This document shows, piece by piece, positions 8,273 to 17,200 of a stretch of 20,000 bases of DNA. The stretch comes from Candidatus Lindowbacteria bacterium RIFCSPLOWO2_12_FULL_62_27 (GTDB taxonomy: Bacteria; Lindowbacteria; 2-12-FULL-62-27). The stretch is from contig MFPR01000044.1 of NCBI GenBank assembly GCA_001784175.1, positions 44,491 through 64,490 of the forward strand. The letters run 5' to 3'. The position numbers and the translations under genes were made by a program. Under the pieces are notes generated by a model. It made no database searches. It saw only the letters and a program-made list of their open reading frames with translations, and had not been told where the DNA came from. Every line of letters starts with the position of its first letter. The stretch's first letter is position 1.

Positions 8273-9382
8273 ATGGCTGAGGTGACATTGAAGGGCGTGG
8301 CGAAAATCTATGAGGGCGGGGTGCAGGCGGTCCACGACGTGAATCTGACCATTCACGACAAGGAATTCATGGTCCTCGTCGGGCCGTCCGGGTCAGGCAA
8401 ATCAACCGTGCTCCGGATGGTCGCCGGGCTTGAGTCCATTTCCGAGGGCGACATCTCCATCGATGGCCAGGTCGTAAACCATCAGCCGCCCAAGAAAAGG
8501 GACATCGCCATGGTCTTTCAGGACTATGCGCTCTACCCCCACATGAACGTCTTTGACAACATGGCCTTCGGCCTCAAAGTCCAGAAATATCCGATGGCCG
8601 AAATCCGGCGGCGCGTGGACGAGGCGGCGGCCATCCTGGAACTGACGCATCTTTTGGAGCGAAAACCGAAAGCGCTGTCCGGGGGTCAGCGGCAGCGCGT
8701 GGCGGTGGGCCGGGCGATCGTGCGGAAACCCAAAGTTTTTCTCTTCGACGAACCGCTGTCGAATCTCGACGCCAAGCTGCGCACGCAGATGCGGACGGAA
8801 ATAAAAAAAATCCACGCCAGGCTCGGCGCCACCATTATCTACGTGACCCACGACCAGGTCGAAGCCATGACCATGGGAGACCGCATCACGGTCATGGACC
8901 ACGGGAAAGTTCAGCAGATCGATACGCCGATCAACCTCTACCAGCGGCCGGTCAACCGCTTCGTCGCGGGGTTTCTCGGATCCCCGCCGATGAACTTCAT
9001 CCCTTGCAGAACGGTCGATGAGGGAGGGGCGATTTATCTGGATGAGGGAACCGCCAAGATCCGCGTGCCGCAGAAATGGGCCGGGCCGCTGCGCGCCGCC
9101 GGACGCATCGGCCAGGAAGTCATCCTGGGAATCCGGCCGGAAAACATCGGCGACAAGCTCTACGTCCAGCCGAAATACCCGGACAGCGTGATGACGGCGA
9201 CGGTCGACGTGGTCGAACCGATGGGGTCTGAAGTGTACTGCCTGTTGAAATCCGACAAGAACAACATTCAGGCCAGGTTCGGCGGGATGAGCCGCGTGCA
9301 GCCCAACCAGGAGATCGACATCGTATTCGATCTGGATGCAATCCACTTTTTCCATCCGGAAACCGGCGCGGCCATTGTATGA
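8273..9382 (+). CDS. Sugar ABC transporter ATP-binding protein (MalK/MsmX/UgpC family)
   Basis: Walker [11 protein letters not shown]-loop [13 protein letters not shown], signature [14 protein letters not shown], Walker [17 protein letters not shown]-loop [15 protein letters not shown]-terminal TOBE region (LGIRPE...VVEPMGSE). Confidence 0.95.
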   Translation: MAEVTLKGVAKIYEGGVQAVHDVNLTIHDKEFMVLVGPSGSGKSTVLRMVAGLESISEGDISIDGQVVNHQPPKKRDIAMVFQDYALYPHMNVFDNMAFGLKVQKYPMAEIRRRVDEAAAILELTHLLERKPKALSGGQRQRVAVGRAIVRKPKVFLFDEPLSNLDAKLRTQMRTEIKKIHARLGATIIYVTHDQVEAMTMGDRITVMDHGKVQQIDTPINLYQRPVNRFVAGFLGSPPMNFIPCRTVDEGGAIYLDEGTAKIRVPQKWAGPLRAAGRIGQEVILGIRPENIGDKLYVQPKYPDSVMTATVDVVEPMGSEVYCLLKSDKNNIQARFGGMSRVQPNQEIDIVFDLDAIHFFHPETGAAIV

Positions 9383-9400
9383 GTTTGACCGGGTAACCGG

Positions 9401-10846
9401 ATGGGCATTTGGAAATTACTCGACGCCGGCCGGGAAAAATTGCGGCTGGCCCAGGCCTCCCATGACCTCGGCTGGCGGGGGCTGCTGCTGGCTTCCTTTT
9501 TTCTGTTCTGGGCCGGCGTTTTCTTTGCCGTGGACCGGACGCTGTTTTATCCATGGATGGTGTTCCTCCCTCTGGCCGCCGCGCTTCTGTATGATCCGTC
9601 CTGGATATGGGCGGCAGGCCTGGGAATGTCGGCCGTCGGCATGGCGGCGGCGGTCGGCGAAGGGCTGTTCGCAACAACCAGGACGGGATGCGCCGCCGCT
9701 TTTCTCTTTTCTCTTTCGTCTCTTTGGATCGCCAGGGGAATCACAAGATCGATCGGACGGATCGACGACGCCCGCGTGATGGGCCGCGTCGCCGTCCGGG
9801 AGGCGGAGGAACGGCTGACGGAACTCGAGCGGGTCAGCGCGCCGGAATTGTTCAAACACATGGAACAGCTCCGACTCAGACTTCAAAAATATGACCGGCT
9901 CAACCGCCTCCTGCTGGACGTGCCCGAGGGCGAGGGCCTGACGGAGGTGGCGGCGTTTTATGTGACGGAGGCCGAGAACCTGATCGGGAGGGGGCACGGC
10001 GAATTTTATATAGAAAGCGACGAAGACAACATCCGGCTGGCCGTGGTCGGCGAGGGCGGAAAGGTTGACCCGAACGCCCGGCGCTGCCGGACCGTCGAGG
10101 ACGCTGAAAGCCTCGCCGGATATTCCAAATGGTTGCTGCGCCCGCGGTCGGCCCTGGCGGAGCACAGCGGCGAAATCGCCACGCCGGTCGTTGTGGAAAA
10201 CAGGCCGATCGGAATGATGAGGGTCGTCGCCCGGCGGGGAGAATTGTCGGAAACGGATTTGCGGACGCTGGACGGCCTCTCGATCCTCGCGTCGATATCC
10301 GTGATGAACTCGATCCTCTATAAAAGAATGGAACACCTCGCGAGAACCGACGGTCAGACAGGGTTGGGAAAGAGAATCGTGCTCGACGAAGCCCTGGCGG
10401 AGGAAATCCTTCGCGCGGAGCGGCATGGCCTGCGGCTCTCGGTCGCCATGCTCGACATCGACCATTTTCGGAATTTCAACAATAAATACGGACACCTCAC
10501 CGGCGACTGGGTCCTACGGGAACTCGGGCGGTACATCCGCGAAACGCTGCCGCCGTACGCCGTTTCGGTCCGGTGGGGCGGCGAGGAGTTCGTCGTGCTT
10601 CTTCCGAACGAGGACGCGCAAAGCGCCGCCAAACGCATCGAGGGATTGCAGCAGATTCTCGCCGAACAGATGCGCATCCCGCCGGAAATCGCCGATGCGC
10701 CGGAGGAACGCGTCACCTTCAGTGCCGGAATCGCGCAGTTCCCGGAACATGCCCGGAAGGCCGACCTCATGGTCCAGTTGGCGGATGAGGCGCTCTATCG
10801 CGCCAAAAATTCCGGCCGGAACCGCGTCGTGATCTATGGGTCCTAA
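9401..10846 (+). CDS. Membrane-anchored diguanylate cyclase (TM region, coiled coil, GAF-like, GGDEF)
   Basis: N-terminal hydrophobic segments; GAF-like IATPVVVENRPIGMMRV; TDGQTGL, MLDIDHFRNFNNKYGHLTGD, RWGGEEF, VTFSAGIA, ADEALYRAKNSGRNRV. No RxxD I-site. Confidence 0.9.
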   Translation: MGIWKLLDAGREKLRLAQASHDLGWRGLLLASFFLFWAGVFFAVDRTLFYPWMVFLPLAAALLYDPSWIWAAGLGMSAVGMAAAVGEGLFATTRTGCAAAFLFSLSSLWIARGITRSIGRIDDARVMGRVAVREAEERLTELERVSAPELFKHMEQLRLRLQKYDRLNRLLLDVPEGEGLTEVAAFYVTEAENLIGRGHGEFYIESDEDNIRLAVVGEGGKVDPNARRCRTVEDAESLAGYSKWLLRPRSALAEHSGEIATPVVVENRPIGMMRVVARRGELSETDLRTLDGLSILASISVMNSILYKRMEHLARTDGQTGLGKRIVLDEALAEEILRAERHGLRLSVAMLDIDHFRNFNNKYGHLTGDWVLRELGRYIRETLPPYAVSVRWGGEEFVVLLPNEDAQSAAKRIEGLQQILAEQMRIPPEIADAPEERVTFSAGIAQFPEHARKADLMVQLADEALYRAKNSGRNRVVIYGS

Positions 10847-12041
10847 GTTCTCGTTTCTTCTGGCCGCCGCGTGGGTTGCAGTTCCATGGATCGAGACCCG
10901 GCCCGGGCCGAAGGGAGAGGCCTCCGGACGGGGGCGGACGCTTCTGCTGTGGACAATCGCCGGGATCGGCCTTGCGATTGGATCAACCGCGCCGCATCCC
11001 CTCTGGTGGATCGTGTGGGCGGCGCTCGTGTGGGCGCTCGAAATGGAACACCGGCAGGCCAGGGAGGGCCTCCGGGATCTGGCCGAGGCGCCGGCGATTA
11101 AATTGCGGAGAAAAATCCAGCCCTTGGAGGATAAGTGCCGCGCGCTCCAACATGAGATCCACGGTCTGCAGGCCGGCGTCTCCGCCGCGGTGGGGCGGTA
11201 TCTCGCCATGAAGGATTTTCATCGGTCCCTCCGCGCCGAGGATCTGGGCCAGGCGGTGATCGACAAGATGCTCAAATTGACCGGCGCGAATGAGGCGGCG
11301 GTCGGCATTTGGAACAACGACGGCCGCGCCATCCTTTTGCTCGGCCATCCCGCGGACAGGGTCGGCGACATTTTGGATCACGGCGCATGGAAACGCGAAG
11401 TCGAGGTCGAAAGCGTCCGCGTCCGGATGGCGGCGAATGGTCCGGGAAGTACGGTGGCGCTGGAAGAATCACTCAAAGAACTGATCCTGCCCCTGCCGGC
11501 GCTCTGGCGACAGAGCATCCTGTATGCGCGGGTCGAGGAGATGGCCATTACGGACCGCCTGACAGGCCTCTACGTCCACCGCCTGTTCGCCGAACGATTA
11601 CGCCAGGAAATCGCGAGAGTCGCTGAAACCGCGCGGCCCCTGAGTTTGATCATGGTCGATGTCGACCATTTCAAACGCTTCAACGACACCTTCGGCCATC
11701 TCCTGGGCGACCGGGTCCTGCGGGCCATCGGGCAGACATTCATTGCCGAAGTGAGAAAGTCCGATTTCGCCGCGCGCTACGGCGGCGAGGAAATGGCGCT
11801 CATCCTTCCGGAAACGCCCTTGAGCGGCGCGCTCCTGAAGGCCGAGCGCCTGCGGAAGGCCGTCGAAAAAATAAAAATATCCCATCAGGACCAGATGCTC
11901 GGCGTCACCGCCAGTTTCGGCGTCACCGAGTGGTCCAGAACCGATCAGTCGCCGGTCGACTTCATCCGCCGCGCCGACCAGGCGCTCTACCGCGCGAAAG
12001 AGAACGGGCGAAACAGGGTCGAGATTTCGGAGGCCGGATAA
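10836..12041 (+). CDS. Membrane-anchored diguanylate cyclase (GGDEF domain, GGEEM variant, RxxD I-site)
   Basis: N-terminal TM segments; TDRLTGLY, MVDVDHFKRFNDTFGHLLGD, RKSD-FAAR-YGGEEM, VTASFGV, ADQALYRAKENGRNRV; overlaps the upstream gene by 11 bp. Confidence 0.88.
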   Translation: MGPKFSFLLAAAWVAVPWIETRPGPKGEASGRGRTLLLWTIAGIGLAIGSTAPHPLWWIVWAALVWALEMEHRQAREGLRDLAEAPAIKLRRKIQPLEDKCRALQHEIHGLQAGVSAAVGRYLAMKDFHRSLRAEDLGQAVIDKMLKLTGANEAAVGIWNNDGRAILLLGHPADRVGDILDHGAWKREVEVESVRVRMAANGPGSTVALEESLKELILPLPALWRQSILYARVEEMAITDRLTGLYVHRLFAERLRQEIARVAETARPLSLIMVDVDHFKRFNDTFGHLLGDRVLRAIGQTFIAEVRKSDFAARYGGEEMALILPETPLSGALLKAERLRKAVEKIKISHQDQMLGVTASFGVTEWSRTDQSPVDFIRRADQALYRAKENGRNRVEISEAG

Positions 12042-12047
12042 AACCGC

Positions 12048-13331
12048 TCACCGCGCCGCGGCGGTCTGGGCGCGGATCTTGACGGCCTGCTCCATGTAGA
12101 CTTCAGCCTCGATCAGACGGTTCATTTTGACGTACAGGTTCGAAACGGTTTCCATCAGGCTCGCCACGGCGGGATGATCGGGGCCGAGCACCCTCTGCTT
12201 GATGTCCAGGGCGAGGAGAAATGTGTGCTCTGATTCGGTGTATCGCCTCTGCGCAAGCAACCGCAGGGCCTCGCTTTCATAGAACTCCGCATACATTAAA
12301 GGGGTGGAGTCTGGATGGGACGAAGGTGGTTGGTCGAGGTTTATCCGCCACAGCTTCAACGTGCGACGCTCCAGAAGATCAATCGCCGCAAGGTGGCGGC
12401 CGTCCGGCGAAAATTCAACCCAGTCCACTGGGCCCGCGCACGGAATCGTCTGCAACAGAATTCCACGGCGCGCATCCCACATCTCGATCCATCCCCGGCT
12501 TACCGTCGGCCGGCTTAGCGCGGTCCCGCCGATGCCCGACGCCAGCCGGACGCCGGTCGCATCAAAGGCCAGCGATCGCACGTTCAACCGGTCGTTCTCC
12601 CTCTTTCCCAGCGTCCGCGCAGGAGCGCTCGTGTCCGGATCGATCAGGCGGATCGACAGGCCGCTGCCGGCCGCAAGTTTGCGGCCCGTGGGGAAAAACG
12701 CGAGGTCCCGGACCCATCCCCGGTGATGGACCGTTCGGAGACGCGCTCCCGTTACCGCATCCCATATCGTGACGGACCCCGTGACGATGCCGGCGGCGAG
12801 GCGCGCGCCGTCCGCAGAGAATTCCATTGCGGTGATCACGCCCTTTCGGTCGGCCTGAAACGTGCGGATCGTTTCACCCGTGGCGGCGCCCATCAGAAGC
12901 ACCCGGTCGCCGCCGGACGGCGCGGCCAGAAATCGGCCGTCCGGCGAAAAAACCACCGGCGCATCCGGATCGGCGCGGTCCAGCGTCCCGAGCAGTTTTC
13001 CTCGCGACCATGTCCGCAGTTTCGTTTCCTGCCCCGACCGCGTCACCACCTGCCGCCCGTCGGGGGAAACCGCGATCACCCGCTCCTCCGCGCCGAGCGG
13101 CCGGCCCTCGTCGGTGATCGTCCAGCGGCTCAGGACCTGCCCGCTTTCGGGGTCCATGATGTCGAACGTCGCGGGCGCGGTGGAGACAAGGAGATGGCCG
13201 GAGGGGAGAAATTTCGCCCACTCGGCGGGCGGGGGTTCTTTGAACTCAACAGGCTCGTACGATTCCGCGACGACGGCAGGACTCCAGATGAGAATCATCA
13301 ACGCGAACGCCGCGCAGAAACGTCCCGTCAC
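12048..13331 (-). CDS. Exported WD40 beta-propeller protein with C-terminal TPR
   Basis: Signal peptide MTGRFCAAFALMILIWSPAVVA/E; repeated WD40-like motifs (VSPDGRQV, FSPDGRFLA, FSADGARLA..VTIWD, FFPTGRKLA, FSPDGRHLA..LKLW); TPR ALDIKQRVLGPDHPAVASLMETVSNLY. GTG start overlaps the upstream TGA (GTGA). Confidence 0.8.
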   Translation of the reverse strand: MTGRFCAAFALMILIWSPAVVAESYEPVEFKEPPPAEWAKFLPSGHLLVSTAPATFDIMDPESGQVLSRWTITDEGRPLGAEERVIAVSPDGRQVVTRSGQETKLRTWSRGKLLGTLDRADPDAPVVFSPDGRFLAAPSGGDRVLLMGAATGETIRTFQADRKGVITAMEFSADGARLAAGIVTGSVTIWDAVTGARLRTVHHRGWVRDLAFFPTGRKLAAGSGLSIRLIDPDTSAPARTLGKRENDRLNVRSLAFDATGVRLASGIGGTALSRPTVSRGWIEMWDARRGILLQTIPCAGPVDWVEFSPDGRHLAAIDLLERRTLKLWRINLDQPPSSHPDSTPLMYAEFYESEALRLLAQRRYTESEHTFLLALDIKQRVLGPDHPAVASLMETVSNLYVKMNRLIEAEVYMEQAVKIRAQTAAAR

Positions 13332-14245
13332 GGGATGTCCCCGAAACGGATCGTCAGGCTGAACCGGTGCGTGTCGCCGAAAACGCCCAGCGGCACAAAG
13401 GCGTAGTCGACGTCCACCATCTTGAATCGAACGCCGACACCGGCCGTCAGCCCGTCGTCCGCGTCCTTGTTTTCCAGCGTGTAGCCCAGCCGGAGGGAAA
13501 AATGCCGCAGCAGCGTGTACTCGGCGCCGAAATTGATGAAGAGATCGTCATAGCGAACCTTGTTCAGATCCAGGCTCAGAACCACGTTGCGCTCCGGCAG
13601 AAACTTCAGGGCGGTCCCGACCCGGAAGGACCTCGGCAGGGGTTCTTCGACCGTCAGGTATTTGATGCCGGACCCATAGTTCTTGACGGAGGCGCCGATC
13701 GTCCAGAAGTCCATCGGCCGGACCTGGATTCCGAAATCGCCCGTGACCGCTGTGCCGCCGTGCTCGTAAATCCGGCTTGAAATGAACCGGCCCAGGGCGC
13801 CGACCGACACGCCATTCGTGATTTCCCGGCCATAACCGATGTCGAACGCCATGTCCCGCGCGCCGAAAAATCCCAGCACCTGACCCGCCTGCCCGGACGT
13901 CAGAGTCGTCCGCTCAATGTCCTCGATCGTCATGACGTTCGCGCTGATCCCCCAGTTGCCATAGGGCGTCGGAAAGGCCAACGCCAGGTAATTCTGGTCG
14001 ATGTCGGCGATGTACTGGTTGTTCTGGAACGTCACTTGGGCCGTCCGAACCCTTCCGAGTCCCGCCGGGTTCCAGTACATGCTCGTGGCATCGTCCACAA
14101 CCGCAGTGTAGGCGCCGCCCATCGCAACCGCTCGCGCGCCCTGCCCAATGCGCAGAAATTCCAGCGAAGTGGATCCCGGTTCCGCCCATGCGGGGAGCGC
14201 CGGCAAGAACAACAGGAAAGACAGGATGAACTTTGCAGGCCTCAT
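13328..14245 (-). CDS. PorV/PorQ-family (UPF0164-like) outer-membrane beta-barrel protein
   Basis: Signal peptide; hallmark FLRIGQGARAVAMGGAYTAVVDDATSMYWNPAGL; amphipathic beta strands; terminal VDYAFVPLGVFGDTHRFSLTIRF. ATGA overlap with the giant gene's stop. Confidence 0.85.
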   Translation of the reverse strand: MRPAKFILSFLLFLPALPAWAEPGSTSLEFLRIGQGARAVAMGGAYTAVVDDATSMYWNPAGLGRVRTAQVTFQNNQYIADIDQNYLALAFPTPYGNWGISANVMTIEDIERTTLTSGQAGQVLGFFGARDMAFDIGYGREITNGVSVGALGRFISSRIYEHGGTAVTGDFGIQVRPMDFWTIGASVKNYGSGIKYLTVEEPLPRSFRVGTALKFLPERNVVLSLDLNKVRYDDLFINFGAEYTLLRHFSLRLGYTLENKDADDGLTAGVGVRFKMVDVDYAFVPLGVFGDTHRFSLTIRFGDIP

Positions 14246-17200
14246 TTAATGATCGCCACCTTCTTGGTGACGCGCTGGCCCGTCTTGTTGTCCGTGATCA
14301 CCATGAGATACACGCCGCTGGCCACCATCTGGCCGCCGATCGGGTCGATCGTCGATAGGTCCCACTGAAACCGGCCGGCGCCCGTGACTTTGCGGTTGAA
14401 CAACTCGCGCCCCGCAACCGTGAACACCCGCACGGTGATGTCGGCGCTGATGTTGTCCACGATGATGCCGGTCGTGAAATCGCCGGGCAGGGGCGGCTTG
14501 CCGTTTTCGTCAATGCCGTCATACGGAATGTACGGGTTCGGATAGACGATGACTTTCGAAAGATCGCTCGCCGCAAGTTTCCCCGTGTCCGGGAAAACGG
14601 CGTAAAACGAGAAATGGAACGGAGCGCCGATGACGGCGTTCTGGCCCGCATCCCAGGCGCTGCCCGTCACCGCCTCCCAACCGCCGGTCGCTTCGTTCAG
14701 CGTATGGAACTTCATCGCAGACAGCGGCAGGCCGGCCAGGTCGCTTCCCGACGCCGGCTTCCACAAAAGCCGCACGGCGCCGAACGCGCTCCGCTCGCTG
14801 CCCACGTCCGCGCCGGTTTCGGTGTAGAGATTGATTTCAAACGCGGTGAACCGCATCCGCGTGATGCGATCGTCCGTGCCGAGTTTCAAATCCTTGGAAT
14901 TGCCCGCCCGCTGGATGGTGAACAGGCTGCCGACATTGGACGGCTGCAGATCGACCGCGAGCTTGTCGCCATAGGCCTTCTTGGTGGAGTCGTAGACGGG
15001 CGTGGAAATCATGGTCATCACCGTGTCCGAGAAATACACCGCGCCGCGCCACGTGTCGTACTGCGACAGCTCCGGAAATGTGATCGGCGCGCCGTTGCCG
15101 GCGACCATCATGTAGTCGACCTTGTAGATGTCGTAGGTGTCCATCAATAGCCGGCCGGTCGTGTCCATGGCCTTCAAAATAAACCGGTTCTGGCCCTTCA
15201 CCAGCGGGACGGTGGCGGTCGCCGAAAAAATCCGGCTGTCGGCGCCCACGGCAAGGCCCGTCGCGGTGTCTGAATTCTGAGTGATCATCAGAGTGGCGAT
15301 CGGAACGTACGACCGCACCTCCGCCGTGAGCGTCGTGACGACGTCCGTGTCGACCGGCTTGCGCGACTTGAATTTCGCGGTCGGCGGCGACGTGTCGATC
15401 ACGATGGCGCGCGTGTCCTCACCGGCGAATCCGGAGGCGCCGACCGCCCGGGCGGTGATCGTCTGCGTGCCGGTGCCTGTGAAGGTTCGGGTCGTCATGA
15501 AGGCGCCCATGGAATCGACGGGGGCCGTGTCCGTCACATCCACGCCGTTGATCCGGAAGAGGACGGAGGTCGGGGTGTCAAACGTTGCCAGCACGGTGCC
15601 TTTAATCGTGATCGTCAGCGAATCCGTGATGACGCCGGAATCGGGCGCCGTGATCTGCACAACCGGCGGCGCGCCCGAATCGACGCGGAATGTCCGGTAC
15701 GCCGTCGTTTCCACGTTGCCGGATCGGTCCTGCGCGCCCACGCGCCAGTAATAGGTGTTCGCGACAAATCCGTTCAGAGGCGTGTGGCTGGTGCCGGACG
15801 TGACCTTGCTGTCCACCATCGTCACGAACAGGGAATCGCGCGCGACCTGCACCGTATAGGTGTCCCCGGTCCCGCTCCACGTGAGTTTCTGGAACGAGTC
15901 CGTGGTGGTCGCCGAATCCGACGGACTGGCCAGAGCCACGGTCACCGCCGTGTCGATGACGAGCGCGCGGGCGGCGCTTGTCTCGGCATTGCCCGCGGCA
16001 TCCTGCGCCGTCACGCGCCAGTAATACGTGTCCGACCCGTAGCCGCTCGACGGCGTGTACGTCACCGCCGTCGTCGTCTTGCTGTCCACGACCGTTCCGA
16101 ATCCGGCCGTCTTCGACACCTGCAGCGTGTACGTGTCGCCGGTCCCGTTCCATGTAAACGTCGGCGTCGTGTCATTCGTCTCCACGCTGTCCGCCGGGCT
16201 TGTCTGACTCACCGTCACGCCCGTGTCGATGAACAACGCGCGCGCGGCCGACGTCTCAAAGTTCCCCGCATCGTCGCTCGCGATCACTCGCCAGAAATAG
16301 GTGTCTGCGGCGTACCCGCCGGCCGGCGTGTACGTCAACGACGCCGTCGTCTTGCTGTCCACCAGCACGCCGAAGGCGCTCGACTTCGATACCTGCAGCG
16401 CATACGTATCGCCTGTGCCGTTCCATGTGAACGTGGGCGTCGTGTCGTTTGTGCCGGTGGTATCCGCCGGGGTCGCCAGACTCACCGTCACGCCGGTGTC
16501 GATGAACAACGCGCGCGCGGCTGACGTCTCGTGGTTCCCCGCATCGTCGCTCGCGATCACGCGCCAGAAATAGGTGTCCGCCGAATAGCCGGTGGTGGGC
16601 GTGTACGCCAGAGCCGCCGGCGTCTTGCTGTCCACGAGCGTTCCGAATCCGGCCGTCTTCGACACCTGCAGCGTGTACGTGTCCCCCGTCCCGCTCCACG
16701 TGAACGTGGGCGTTGGATCGTTCGTCTCCGCGCTGTCCGACGGGCTCGTCAGGCTCACGGCGATCGACGTGTCCACAACCAGAAGACGCACGAGGCTTGT
16801 GTCGTAACTGCCGGCGGAAGTGCTCGCGATCACGCGCCAGAAATACGTGTCCGCCGGATAGCCGGCCGCCGGCGTGTAGGTCACGGCGCCCGTCGTCGCG
16901 CTGTCCGCCAGCGCGCCGAACGCGCTCGATTTCGAGACCTGAATCGTGTAGGTGTCCCCCGTCCCGCTCCACGTGAACGTGGGCGTTGTGTCGTTCGTCT
17001 CCGCGCTGTCCGGCGGGCTTGCCTGACTCACCGTCACGCCCGTGTCGATGAACAACGCGCGCGCGGCCGACGTCTCAAAGTTCCCCGCGTCGTCGCTCGC
17101 GATCACACGCCAGAAATACGTGTCCGCGCCGTATCCCCCCGACGACGTGTACGTCAACGACGCAGTCGTCTTGCTGTCCACCACCGTGCCGAATCCGCCC

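Noticed and set aside
9389-9400. CCGG-GTAA-CCGG mini-hairpin just before the first DGC start
   Set aside because: A 4-bp stem is expected by chance in GC-rich DNA.
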